From a virus, in the IMG/VR virus record IMGVR_UViG_3300026512_000008, positions 3,494 through 67,493 of that record: a stretch of DNA of 64,000 bases; one strand, given 5' to 3'. Below the pieces are notes generated by a model. That model saw only the letters and a program-made list of their open reading frames with translations, had not been told where the DNA came from and ran no database searches. The position numbers were made by a program, and so were the translations under genes. Positions 30,557-40,894 of this stretch are shown here, one piece after another. Within the stretch, counting starts at the first letter, position 1; each line of letters begins with the position of its first letter.

Positions 30557-31165
30557 ATGATATTTGAATTAGCAATAGTAGAGGATAGAGGAACACATTA
30601 TTTAGTAACAGGTGTAACTAAAAGTTCATTTGACGGATTAGCAAATAGAGAAGACAAAGTATTAAAATTGTCATATAATAGTTATCAAAAATGTAGTGAC
30701 GGATTAGCAGAAGGTAAAACTGTTACTATTAATAAAGAATTAACTACAGATGAAGTTCTGCCAGGTGATGTAAATGTTTCTGATGAAGCAATAAGTGAAT
30801 TAGAAACATATAAAAAAGTAGCAATGCAGAAAATTAATAAAAAAATGACATATAATACTGCAACAATTTCTGCTTTAGAAATATTGTCTTTTACAGTTAT
30901 AAACTCTGAATTAGCATCATTAGGGTACTTTATTACAGAAAAAAATAGAGAAGATAAGTATATAGAAATTATAGAAGCAGAAGACGAAGAATTAATTGAA
31001 AAATTAGAAGAGTATTTAATTTTATTAGATTTAGTTCAAAACTCTCTTAAATTTAGTAATATGTGTAAAAAGTATAATAATCAAATTTTATTAGCAGAAG
31101 ATCAAAACGCAGTAGATGATATTTTGTCAAACTTTTATAAAGAGTATGACGCATATAGTTCGTAA
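30557..31165 (+). CDS. Hypothetical acidic protein (possible chaperone)
   Basis: ORF with RBS after the Cys-rich gene. Confidence 0.5.
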   Translation: MIFELAIVEDRGTHYLVTGVTKSSFDGLANREDKVLKLSYNSYQKCSDGLAEGKTVTINKELTTDEVLPGDVNVSDEAISELETYKKVAMQKINKKMTYNTATISALEILSFTVINSELASLGYFITEKNREDKYIEIIEAEDEELIEKLEEYLILLDLVQNSLKFSNMCKKYNNQILLAEDQNAVDDILSNFYKEYDAYSS

Positions 31166-31173
31166 GTATAGAT

Positions 31174-31884
31174 GTGAAATCGGTTCTTTATTATGTAATG
31201 CCACAAAAAATAATTAATGGTACTCTATTTTATGTAATAGAGTACTTTTTAGTTCTTAATGAAATAGAACCCACTCTTCTTATTCTTAAGTGTGATAAAA
31301 AAATATTTGATTATATAATAACTATAATTAAAATAAAATATAAGTATAATAAATTACTTGATAATTTAATTAAAAATACTAAGTACACAGAATTACCTAA
31401 ATTAATTCAAAATAGTGTACTTATATTAGATACAAACACTTATTATAAATGTAAACCATTAATTAAACAAAAAATATTTTTATACTCACAAAACGGTAAA
31501 AATTCTTTAGTAGAAAATACATATGGTTTTTATAATTATCAAGTATTTAAACATAAAGTAAGACTTAAATTAGCATTATCATATCATAAAGAATATAACG
31601 AAATTTATAACACATTTAATAGTAGTCCTAAAATGAATATTACTAAAGATTCTAAAAACCCAAATAAATTTCAAAATATTATGGAATATAAACATTGGCA
31701 TTATATACATAATGGTTTTGATACTAATAATAGATTTATTCCTGAAGCAAGGTATTTTAACAAACAATTATCACACACTAAAATTATATTTAATGATAGT
31801 ATTAATGATAGATTAATAACACCTATAGAAAATTTAATTTTAACAAAATATGATAGATTAATAAAGGATTTTATTAATGAATAA
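31174..31884 (+). CDS. Divergent GT-B glycosyltransferase-like protein (paralogue 1)
   Basis: IINGTLFY.IEYF and DTNNRFIPEARYFNK motifs shared with three neighbours. Confidence 0.5.
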   Translation: MKSVLYYVMPQKIINGTLFYVIEYFLVLNEIEPTLLILKCDKKIFDYIITIIKIKYKYNKLLDNLIKNTKYTELPKLIQNSVLILDTNTYYKCKPLIKQKIFLYSQNGKNSLVENTYGFYNYQVFKHKVRLKLALSYHKEYNEIYNTFNSSPKMNITKDSKNPNKFQNIMEYKHWHYIHNGFDTNNRFIPEARYFNKQLSHTKIIFNDSINDRLITPIENLILTKYDRLIKDFINE

Positions 31885-32653
31885 GATAATTTTAGATGTA
31901 AATGAACACAATATTATAAATGGTACTTTGTTTTACTGCGTTGAACATTTTTTATATCTTTCAAAATATACAAATATCAATCTTTGTATTATTTTTAATA
32001 ATAACATAAATATTATTAAGAATATTATTAAAGAAAAGTATTTTATAACAAACGACGAGTTAGATAACATAATACAAATTAAATCTTTAGATTTATTAAA
32101 AACAAATACAAATAAAGCAATGATATTAGATTCAAGAACATATAACATTATATTACCATTTGCTAGTAAAATTAATAAAATATTTTTATACTCTAATGAC
32201 AATAATCATAATGCTCGTAATAAGGATAATATATACGGTTTTTATAAGTATCAAAAGTTTAATATTAAAGAACGACTTAAATTAGGGTTTCAATTTATGA
32301 AACCTAAAATACCTCATATTAATAAAACATTTTGTTCACATTTATTAAAAGGAAGTATAGACAAAAAGTTAATAGAAAATACTGCTACCTATAATGTGTC
32401 TTATAAAAACTTTAGTAAAGATCTTGATATTTTTAAATGTAAAGAAATAATTTACTATCATACTAAAGAACTTGACCGCAATAATCGTATTATACCAGAA
32501 GCATTTTATTTTGGTAATAAATTAACTTTAATAAATAATACATATACAAAAGACTCCATAAATGAAAGATATTATATTTGTTTACATCAAGGGTATAAAG
32601 TATTTCAAATAAATGAAGATTACAAATTAACAAAAGATTTTTTAGTGTTTTAA
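31877..32653 (+). CDS. Divergent GT-B glycosyltransferase-like protein (paralogue 2)
   Basis: IINGTLFYCVEHF; DRNNRIIPEAFYFGNK. Confidence 0.5.
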   Translation: MNKIILDVNEHNIINGTLFYCVEHFLYLSKYTNINLCIIFNNNINIIKNIIKEKYFITNDELDNIIQIKSLDLLKTNTNKAMILDSRTYNIILPFASKINKIFLYSNDNNHNARNKDNIYGFYKYQKFNIKERLKLGFQFMKPKIPHINKTFCSHLLKGSIDKKLIENTATYNVSYKNFSKDLDIFKCKEIIYYHTKELDRNNRIIPEAFYFGNKLTLINNTYTKDSINERYYICLHQGYKVFQINEDYKLTKDFLVF

Positions 32654-32662
32654 AGGAAATAT

Positions 32663-33550
32663 ATGTCAAGAATAGTGAATCTTAAAAACTATGATTTAGT
32701 AATAACATATAGTTGGCACACAAATGACCAAGGAATATGTGGTCATACTTTTGAAGTTATTGAGTATTTTTGGATACTTAAAGATTATTTTAATGTTTGT
32801 ATTCTTATGGCAGAAAATACTACTATTGACGATTTTATTGTTGCTATTAAATCAAAATATAATTTTACAGAAGATGAAATAAAAATAATAACAAATAAAA
32901 TAGAGTTTCATTACAAACCTCTTCTTTTAATGTGTAATAATATATTATTTACTGATGGCGCTTATGAACGAATTAAATTAAGTAATATTTATTACAAAAA
33001 AATGTTTTTATTTAGTTGTGGATATATGCCTATAACAAGTGACAAAAATATATATATACTTCAAGATCATAGAATTTATAAAAAAGCAAAAGTAAACTCT
33101 ATAGAATATGTTAAAAAGATATTGTTTTCTAGGTTTAAAGAAGTTAATACACATAAAAACCAAACTTTAATATACGCTACCAAAAATTGTAGAAAATTAA
33201 GTGTTAAATACTACCAAAACTTATTAAACAATACTAATGATAATTATATAGTTATAACAAATGAAGAAAATAAACTTACATTTACATCACCTAGAATAAC
33301 ACAAATTATGATGCCTGTAAAGGATATTTTTGAACACTTTAATAAATATCTCTATACACCTATAGACAGACAATTTGATTGTAGTCCAAGGTTTATAGCA
33401 GAGTGTAAATATTATAATATAGAAGTTCAGTACGACATAACTTATACAGATAAAGGATTAGAAGCAAGGCAGTCTGACCTCGAAGATTTATCAAAAATAT
33501 CATTAACAAAAAATGATAATATAATAAAAATTATTAGTGATATTATATGA
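32663..33550 (+). CDS. Divergent GT-B glycosyltransferase-like protein (paralogue 3)
   Basis: GICGHTFEVIEYF; FDCSPRFIAECKYY. Confidence 0.5.
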   Translation: MSRIVNLKNYDLVITYSWHTNDQGICGHTFEVIEYFWILKDYFNVCILMAENTTIDDFIVAIKSKYNFTEDEIKIITNKIEFHYKPLLLMCNNILFTDGAYERIKLSNIYYKKMFLFSCGYMPITSDKNIYILQDHRIYKKAKVNSIEYVKKILFSRFKEVNTHKNQTLIYATKNCRKLSVKYYQNLLNNTNDNYIVITNEENKLTFTSPRITQIMMPVKDIFEHFNKYLYTPIDRQFDCSPRFIAECKYYNIEVQYDITYTDKGLEARQSDLEDLSKISLTKNDNIIKIISDII

Positions 33551-34164
33551 CACATACTTTATTTGTAACTTATAAATGTAATTGGAATTGTTCATATTGT
33601 ATAACAGACACTCATAATCAAAAAGAAGTTAGTTTTCAAAAAATATTAAATCAACTTGTTAATATAGAAGATAACTCTATAATATATTTAAGTGGAGGAG
33701 AACCAGGGTTATTATCATATAAAAAATTAGAGACTATTTTTAATATTGTAAAATCAAAACATTGTACACTAAATGTATTTACCAATGGCAGTATTTTTAA
33801 ATACAAAACATTAATAAAATATATAGATTATATTTCGTATCATTGTTCTGAAAACTTGGATAATTTTGTAGAAAAAGTTGATATAAAAAATGTAACATAT
33901 AATATAGTAGTGTCTAACACAAATAAAGACAATTTAGATTCATTTTTAGAAATAAACAAACATATAAAATTTTTAGTTGCGGGTGCGGATGATAAAGATT
34001 GTTTAAGTAAAATAGACGGAATTAAAATTTGGATGAAATATAAAAATATAATTCACGAATATAGTAAAGAAAAATTAATGTGTCATTATAAATTTTACAA
34101 AAATAATATAAAACAAAATAATACAATGCAAGAGTATAGTTTTAAGGAGCAATATAAATGTTAA
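33547..34164 (+). CDS. Radical SAM protein (short)
   Basis: CNWNCSYC, SGGEPG, FTNG. Confidence 0.88.
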   Translation: MTHTLFVTYKCNWNCSYCITDTHNQKEVSFQKILNQLVNIEDNSIIYLSGGEPGLLSYKKLETIFNIVKSKHCTLNVFTNGSIFKYKTLIKYIDYISYHCSENLDNFVEKVDIKNVTYNIVVSNTNKDNLDSFLEINKHIKFLVAGADDKDCLSKIDGIKIWMKYKNIIHEYSKEKLMCHYKFYKNNIKQNNTMQEYSFKEQYKC

Positions 34165-35021
34165 ATTTACTAAAATACGATTTAATAGTATCTATTTCTA
34201 CAGAACTAAATGGTGTTTGTGGGCACACTTATGAAATCATAGATTATTTTTATGTATTATCTAATCATTTTAAATGCTGTATTCTTCTTCCTGAAAAAGA
34301 TATATTTGATAAATTTGATAGTATTATTAGATTAAAATACAATTTTACAGAAAATGAAATATCATATATACTAAAACACACTTATTCTAGAAGTTTTCAT
34401 ACTAAAGTTTTAGGTAATAATATATTACTTACAGATGGTGTTATAGATTATAGTATAAACAAACATTATGTTGTTAAAAAAATGTTACTGTTCAGTTGTC
34501 AAACTAAAATACCATATAAAAATAATAATATAATATACTTAGCGGATAATAGAATATATAACAATGGTGTGCATTATGTTAAAAAAATATTATTTGATAA
34601 AATTAAAAAACCTAAATTGCAAAGCAATAATATGTTAATATATGCTACTCAAGATTGTAGAAATCTTGATGAAAATTATTATGATATTATAGAACAAAAA
34701 TACCCAAATTTTAATTTTACATTATTGACAAATATAGAAAATAAACCAAAAACTCGTTCTAAATTTATGTGGTTAGATATGCCTGTTGATAATATATTTG
34801 AACACTTTAGTACTTATCTTTATACTAAAACTAGTACTCGATTTGATTGTAGTCCTAGATTTATAGCTGAGTGTAAATACTTTAGTAAAAAAGTTATATA
34901 TGATATTGATTATGAAGATTTAGGGTTGAAAACAAGAATAGATGATATAGAAAATAATTTTAAATCCTTATACTTAACTGATAATGATGAAATTATAAAT
35001 ATTATAAAAGAACATATATGA
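34158..35021 (+). CDS. Divergent GT-B glycosyltransferase-like protein (paralogue 4)
   Basis: GVCGHTYEIIDYF; FDCSPRFIAECKYF. Confidence 0.5.
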   Translation: MLNLLKYDLIVSISTELNGVCGHTYEIIDYFYVLSNHFKCCILLPEKDIFDKFDSIIRLKYNFTENEISYILKHTYSRSFHTKVLGNNILLTDGVIDYSINKHYVVKKMLLFSCQTKIPYKNNNIIYLADNRIYNNGVHYVKKILFDKIKKPKLQSNNMLIYATQDCRNLDENYYDIIEQKYPNFNFTLLTNIENKPKTRSKFMWLDMPVDNIFEHFSTYLYTKTSTRFDCSPRFIAECKYFSKKVIYDIDYEDLGLKTRIDDIENNFKSLYLTDNDEIINIIKEHI

Positions 35022-35593
35022 GTGATGTAAAACTAAGTATTTTAATTTTAACACATAATAGACCAGAACTATTTAAAAGATGTATTAATTCAGTACTTAA
35101 AAATATTCCTGATAATGTTGAAATTATTGTAAATAATGATAGTAATGATATTACAGAAATAGATGGTGCTACATATTTTTATGAAAAACATGATGATTTA
35201 TCGGATACCTATAAAATGTTATTTGATAAAGCAAAAGGAGAATATATTTATTTTCTTGAAGATGATGATTACATAACTAAAAATTTCTTCAAACATTTAG
35301 ATTTTTCATATGATATTATGTATATGAATTTTATTAGATTTGACGAAATAATACAAGATTATGATTTTATAATGGAAGAGGAGAATAATGAATTTCAACT
35401 GTCTCAAATACTATTTAAAAAAAATTTAGTATCAGAATTTCCAAAAGGTAATTTATTACATAATGATTGGTTTTTATTTCAACATATAAAATATAAAACA
35501 GATAATATTAAATTAATTAAAAATAAAATGTTTGTTCAAACAACACATGGTAATGATAATATAAGTATGACTAAAAATGAAAGGTTTAAATAA
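35018..35593 (+). CDS. Glycosyltransferase family 2
   Basis: LSILILTHNRP..CINSVL, EIIVNND, AKGEYIYFLEDDD. Confidence 0.9.
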   Translation: MSDVKLSILILTHNRPELFKRCINSVLKNIPDNVEIIVNNDSNDITEIDGATYFYEKHDDLSDTYKMLFDKAKGEYIYFLEDDDYITKNFFKHLDFSYDIMYMNFIRFDEIIQDYDFIMEEENNEFQLSQILFKKNLVSEFPKGNLLHNDWFLFQHIKYKTDNIKLIKNKMFVQTTHGNDNISMTKNERFK

Positions 35594-36531
35594 TGATAGT
35601 ACAACAAGGAAAGAATCATATGATTCAAAGATTATATGTTCATTGGGATGTAAGTACACAATGTAATTTTGCGTGTTCATACTGCTATGCTATAAAACAA
35701 TATGGGGATCAATGGGGTAAAATACTGGATTTTAATAAACAAAAGTTAATTATAAAATCAATCAGTCTTAGTACATTACCAGTGTTTTTAGGATTTTTGG
35801 GTGGAGAACCAACCATACACCCTAGATTTTATGAACTATACGAATTAACAGTTCAAGCAATATCAAAACATAAAAAAGGTAGATTATATATAACTACTAA
35901 TGGGTCAAAAAATTTAGATTTTTTTAAAAAGATTAAATATTACAATAATGTGTACTTTTTATGGAGTTTCCATCCGGAATATGTTCATAATTACACTAAT
36001 TCTAAGTCAAAGTATGGTATTATACTAGATAATATACGATTAATGCAAAAGCGTGGATTTAAAAATAAAGTAAATATTATGTTATCTAATGAAGAAAAAT
36101 ATTGGGACGACCTTATTAATTTCTCAAATGAAGTAGAAAAAATTGAAGGTGTTGAATTACACGCTCACTTTTTATATACAGAAAGTAAAGATCAGTCACA
36201 AATATTTCCTTACACAGATGTGTTTTATGAAAAATTTAAAAAGTTTAAAAATTATAATAGAGAGTTTATTTATGATGGTAAAGAATATAATGATTATGAA
36301 ATGTTTACTCAAGGACTAAATCAATTCAAAGGGTGGAAATGTTGGAATAATAATTGGGAAATCACATATGATGGTAAAATAGAACGATTTTGTTTTAATG
36401 AAAAAACTGATTTACTAAAAGATATTATGTTTTTTAAAAATTTAAAAGAAGTAACTCCAAAACCTTGTCCATATAATGTTTGTGAGTGTGATGGGTTACT
36501 TAAAATATATAAAGAAAAACCTTATGACTAA
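35593..36531 (+). CDS. Radical SAM protein with C-terminal Cys domain
   Basis: CNFACSYC, GGEPTIHP, FKGWKC...CPYNVCEC. Confidence 0.9.
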   Translation: MIVQQGKNHMIQRLYVHWDVSTQCNFACSYCYAIKQYGDQWGKILDFNKQKLIIKSISLSTLPVFLGFLGGEPTIHPRFYELYELTVQAISKHKKGRLYITTNGSKNLDFFKKIKYYNNVYFLWSFHPEYVHNYTNSKSKYGIILDNIRLMQKRGFKNKVNIMLSNEEKYWDDLINFSNEVEKIEGVELHAHFLYTESKDQSQIFPYTDVFYEKFKKFKNYNREFIYDGKEYNDYEMFTQGLNQFKGWKCWNNNWEITYDGKIERFCFNEKTDLLKDIMFFKNLKEVTPKPCPYNVCECDGLLKIYKEKPYD

Positions 36532-37402
36532 AATTAAAAATATAAAAGAAATAGGTACTTATTCTGATATATTATTGTTTTCTTGGGAACTAACAGATTA
36601 TTGTAATTATAATTGTTCATATTGTTATGCTAAGGATTTTAACAAACAATCATTTACTTCGGAAAATAAATCTTGGAAAATGGTTTTAGCTAGACTTAAA
36701 ACATTAGATACAAAATTTAAAATAGAATTACTTGGTGGAGAACCAACATTACATCCTGAAATATTTGCAATTATAAAAAAATTAAATTGTATTAAAAATT
36801 GTATAGATATACAATTAATAACAAATTTAAGTAAATCTATACAATTTTTTAAAAAATTAGATATATTAGAAAATAACAAATTAACAATAAATGCTTCATA
36901 TCATTATGAATATGATGGATTTTACGAAAAGTGTTTAAAGTTTAACAATTTTAAATATATTAAATTTAGAGTTACTGTTAATGTAGGGTCTGACGAATCT
37001 TATTGGAATAAAATATTAAAAATATTAAATAATAAAAATATTCACACTACCATTAATATTTTATATAGTACACCTGATAATAATATAAAATATAATAAAA
37101 ATATATATACATACTTTAGTGATTATTTACATTATGATAATTTAGTACCTGTTACATATATAGATAATAAAGAATCTAAAATTGAAATATATGATGTGTT
37201 TCAAGATAGTGCGAATTTTACAGAGTTTAAATGTACGCCTTTAGAATATACAATCACAATGTATGGTGAAATATTAAATGCATGTACAAGAGTAAAAACT
37301 TCACTAAAATTAACTAAAGAAAATATGATAAAAAGTGTAATTTGTCCTTTAAACAAATGTAAATGTAATGATTATATTGAATTTAAAAAGGTAAGAATAT
37401 GA
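36524..37402 (+). CDS. Radical SAM protein with C-terminal Cys domain
   Basis: CNYNCSYC, GGEPTLHP, CPLNKCKC; start moved to the overlapping ATG at 36524. Confidence 0.88.
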   Translation: MTKIKNIKEIGTYSDILLFSWELTDYCNYNCSYCYAKDFNKQSFTSENKSWKMVLARLKTLDTKFKIELLGGEPTLHPEIFAIIKKLNCIKNCIDIQLITNLSKSIQFFKKLDILENNKLTINASYHYEYDGFYEKCLKFNNFKYIKFRVTVNVGSDESYWNKILKILNNKNIHTTINILYSTPDNNIKYNKNIYTYFSDYLHYDNLVPVTYIDNKESKIEIYDVFQDSANFTEFKCTPLEYTITMYGEILNACTRVKTSLKLTKENMIKSVICPLNKCKCNDYIEFKKVRI

Positions 37403-38157
37403 TGGTAGAATGGGAAATTACTTTAAAATGTAATTATAGTTGTAATTATTGTGGATTATTAAGACCTATAAAAGAACAAACAAATGAAAAAATTTTATAT
37501 GATTTTATAAAAAAACTTAATGAAAAATATAGTACAACGGAAATATTTTTATTTGGCGGTGAACCATTTTTACACCCTAAAATCGAGTTTATCATTAAAA
37601 CTTTACAATCGTTTAATCAACCATTTATGATACAGTCAAATTTATCAAATACTTCAACTAAAGTAATACAAAATTTAAATGTAGAACCTTTTAAGTTATG
37701 TATAAGTGTTCATGTGTCTCAAACATCTTTAACGGACATTTGTAAAAATATAATAAAAGTAAAACCACAAGAAGCTCACTTAATGTACACAGAAACTTCA
37801 GGTAAAGTTGAAAAATATTATAAACGCATAAATATTATTAAAGGATATACAAAATTAATTCTTACACCTGTAAGTAATCTTGCTTGTGAAGGATATGATG
37901 ATGTGTTAATAAAGTATAATAAAATAAAAGAAAATTATGTGTATGATCAAAACAAAGTTACATACAATGGTGTAAAAATGTTAAGAAGTGATATTTGGAT
38001 GATGCAAAATAAATTAGAATATTCATTAACAAAAGGTAAAACCTGTCAATACTTAAATAAATATATTTTATTTACACCGGAATTAAAACCTATGAATTGT
38101 TGTTATCGTAAAAGTACAAATGGTATATGCGACGAACAAAATTGTTTTTTTATGTAA
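37399..38157 (+). CDS. Radical SAM protein
   Basis: CNYSCNYC, GGEPFLHP, C-terminal Cys cluster. Confidence 0.88.
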   Translation: MMVEWEITLKCNYSCNYCGLLRPIKEQTNEKILYDFIKKLNEKYSTTEIFLFGGEPFLHPKIEFIIKTLQSFNQPFMIQSNLSNTSTKVIQNLNVEPFKLCISVHVSQTSLTDICKNIIKVKPQEAHLMYTETSGKVEKYYKRINIIKGYTKLILTPVSNLACEGYDDVLIKYNKIKENYVYDQNKVTYNGVKMLRSDIWMMQNKLEYSLTKGKTCQYLNKYILFTPELKPMNCCYRKSTNGICDEQNCFFM

Positions 38158-38169
38158 ATTGTAATATTA

Positions 38170-38177
38170 TATAAATA
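38170..38177 (+). promoter_or_regulatory. Late promoter TATAAATA inside the modification island
   Basis: Exact motif in a 37-nt intergenic gap. Confidence 0.55.
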
Positions 38178-38194
38178 TAATATAAAGGATATAT

Positions 38195-39028
38195 ATGTAT
38201 AATGTAGCAGGTGCATTTAGTAAATTTAAAGTATTATCATTGTTTATACTTAAAAATCATATCAAAAATATTACAGTTTATGATGGTATTAATATGTGTA
38301 AATGGAACGGTGGTAGAATTAACACAGAAAACTTTTATAAAGATTCACAAATAGATTTTTATTACAAACGAAATATTAATATAGCTTTAACATTTAGTAA
38401 TCATATTATAGATATTAATGATAAAGTAGGTAATGAATTACTTCAAAAGTTTCATAAAAATGGTAATAAAATTATATTAGTAAACGAAGAACTTCGTAAA
38501 CATATTCGTAAAAACTTTCCTAAATATAAGTTAGTACATAGTATTACAGACACAGGTAAATTATCTGTAATATATAAAGATTGTATAAATTATTATAAAA
38601 ATTTAGAAACAAAATACGATTATATTGTACCCAAAATGGAACATGCAATGTATTTAGATAATAATTTAAATTTAAGTAAGTACGAAATTATGTTAAATGA
38701 TTCGTGTGTATTTAATTGTTCACTTTATAATGAACATTTTAAAAAAATTAATGAACAAAATTTACTAGATAACCCACAAAAAGAATTAAGTAAAAACGAA
38801 CGATATTGTATAGAAGAATGCTGGATTAAAAACTTTAATCCTGATATTGGAGATACTAAATATTATGTAGAACAAGGCGATATGAAAGGTATGGATTTAA
38901 CATATAAACAAATACAAATACTTATAAATAAAGGCATTAAACACTTTAAAATATCAGGAAGAGAAATGACAGATAAAATGTTTGCTACGCAATTAGAAGT
39001 ATTATTGGAATTTAATGAATATTTATGA
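38195..39028 (+). CDS. Second peptidase U32-family-like Fe-S protein
   Basis: WNGGR, NDSCVFNC....EH and FKISGRE motifs. Confidence 0.7.
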   Translation: MYNVAGAFSKFKVLSLFILKNHIKNITVYDGINMCKWNGGRINTENFYKDSQIDFYYKRNINIALTFSNHIIDINDKVGNELLQKFHKNGNKIILVNEELRKHIRKNFPKYKLVHSITDTGKLSVIYKDCINYYKNLETKYDYIVPKMEHAMYLDNNLNLSKYEIMLNDSCVFNCSLYNEHFKKINEQNLLDNPQKELSKNERYCIEECWIKNFNPDIGDTKYYVEQGDMKGMDLTYKQIQILINKGIKHFKISGREMTDKMFATQLEVLLEFNEYL

Positions 39029-39938
39029 TATTGACAATTTACCATTAGCAAATGTTAATACTGTAAATATTAAGGATATTACTACAGATATAATTGAATA
39101 TCAAGGATTTAAGGAATTTAAAGCAGTAAATGTTGATTGGACTATTAATAACGAATGTCAATTAAATTGTAAATATTGTTGTGCTAAAAAAGATATGTTT
39201 GTTACTAAAACAAATTCTAATTATGAAAAAGTTATTAAAAAACTTCAATTAATTTTAGTACCTTTTACTATATGCCTTCTTGGCGGCGAACCTACTTTAC
39301 ATCCGGATATATTTAAAATTATTGAGGAATTAACTAAACTTAAATATTGTAAAGGTGTTAATCTTATTACAAATTTACATAAACCATTAGAATTCTGGAA
39401 AGAGTTAGCTGGTTACAATTTTAACAAATTTAGTATTGATGCTTCATTACACCCAGAATATTATAATGATAAATTCTTAGAAAAAGTGAATTACTTAAAA
39501 AGTACAGAAACGGAAATAAATGTGTTACTTAATGTATTTCCTGAAAAAAAATATTATGATAAAATGAATCATGCTATTAATAATATAGATGATTTGACTA
39601 TTGTAAACATTTTTGAAACGGAAGATTATAAACCTAAAATAACTGATGAATTTTTAGAAATGTTTTTTGAAAAAGATGTGATGTTTAATTATCATATAAA
39701 TAATGTAAATAACAGTTACAAATACACTGAGTTACAAAAATATAATTTAGTAAATTTTAAAGGTTGGAAATGTACCGCTCAAGATTTAATTATTACTCAG
39801 GAAGGTGATATTAAAAATGCTTGCACTAACAAAAAGGTAATAATGTACACACATAAACATAGGGATGAAATGATAATTTGTCCATTAGACAGTTGTCCGT
39901 GTGATACATTTATGCACTTTTACAAATATAAAGGATAA
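39015..39938 (+). CDS. Radical SAM protein with C-terminal Cys domain
   Basis: CQLNCKYC, GGEPTLHP, FKGWKC...CPLDSCPC. Confidence 0.9.
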   Translation: MNIYDIDNLPLANVNTVNIKDITTDIIEYQGFKEFKAVNVDWTINNECQLNCKYCCAKKDMFVTKTNSNYEKVIKKLQLILVPFTICLLGGEPTLHPDIFKIIEELTKLKYCKGVNLITNLHKPLEFWKELAGYNFNKFSIDASLHPEYYNDKFLEKVNYLKSTETEINVLLNVFPEKKYYDKMNHAINNIDDLTIVNIFETEDYKPKITDEFLEMFFEKDVMFNYHINNVNNSYKYTELQKYNLVNFKGWKCTAQDLIITQEGDIKNACTNKKVIMYTHKHRDEMIICPLDSCPCDTFMHFYKYKG

Positions 39939-39940
39939 AA

Positions 39941-40894
39941 ATGAATTTAAAATACCCAGTTGAAGACCCTAGAAATTATGTTAAACAGTTTCATCATAAA
40001 GTTCAATACGATATTCATCCAAAAGATGTTGATATGAATAATGTAAATTTTCAAGGATATAATGAATATAAAGGTGTTTCTATAAATTGGACTATTAATA
40101 ACGAATGTCAATATGATTGTGTTTATTGTTATGCTAAAAGAGATATGATAGTGAAGCGTGCTAATTGTGATTATAAATCAGTAATTAAAAAATTAAAATT
40201 GATAGCTGTTCCTTTTGATATTTGTTTAGTAGGTGGTGAACCTACTTTACATCCGGATATATTTGAAATTATTGAAGAATTGGCAAAATTAAAACATTGT
40301 AATGATATAGCTTTAACAACAAACTTATATGGTACTCAAGAATTTTGGAAAAAGTTTGACGATTTAGACCATAAAGGTAAATTACTTATCAATGTATCAT
40401 TACATATACAATATTATAATGATAATTTTTTAAAAAATATTGATGTGTTAAAATCATATAAAAACACAGGTTTTGAGTGTACTTTAAATGTGTTTGCTGA
40501 AAAGAAATACTACCAAAAAATGGAACACGCTATTAAACATATCGAAAACCTATATGTTGTTAGTATGTATGAAACTCCTGATTTTACTCCTAATATAAAT
40601 GACGATTTTATTAAACAATTTTCCGAAAAAGAAATAGGGTTTAAAATGATTGTAGACGGAAAACCTCAATATTATCCGTTTTCTATGATGCAAAAATATG
40701 AGTTGAATAAATTTAAAGGTTGGAAATGTACCGCTCAAGATTTAATTATTACTCAGGAAGGTGATATTAAAAATATGTGTACAGATAAAAAAATACTATT
40801 ATACAGAGAAAAAGATAGGGATGAAATGATAATTTGTCCATTAGACAGTTGTCCGTGTGACCCATTATTATTATTTAGAAAGGAACGAGTATGA
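39941..40894 (+). CDS. Radical SAM protein, recent paralogue of 39015-39938
   Basis: CQYDCVYC; identical DNA blocks shared with the preceding gene. Confidence 0.9.
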   Translation: MNLKYPVEDPRNYVKQFHHKVQYDIHPKDVDMNNVNFQGYNEYKGVSINWTINNECQYDCVYCYAKRDMIVKRANCDYKSVIKKLKLIAVPFDICLVGGEPTLHPDIFEIIEELAKLKHCNDIALTTNLYGTQEFWKKFDDLDHKGKLLINVSLHIQYYNDNFLKNIDVLKSYKNTGFECTLNVFAEKKYYQKMEHAIKHIENLYVVSMYETPDFTPNINDDFIKQFSEKEIGFKMIVDGKPQYYPFSMMQKYELNKFKGWKCTAQDLIITQEGDIKNMCTDKKILLYREKDRDEMIICPLDSCPCDPLLLFRKERV

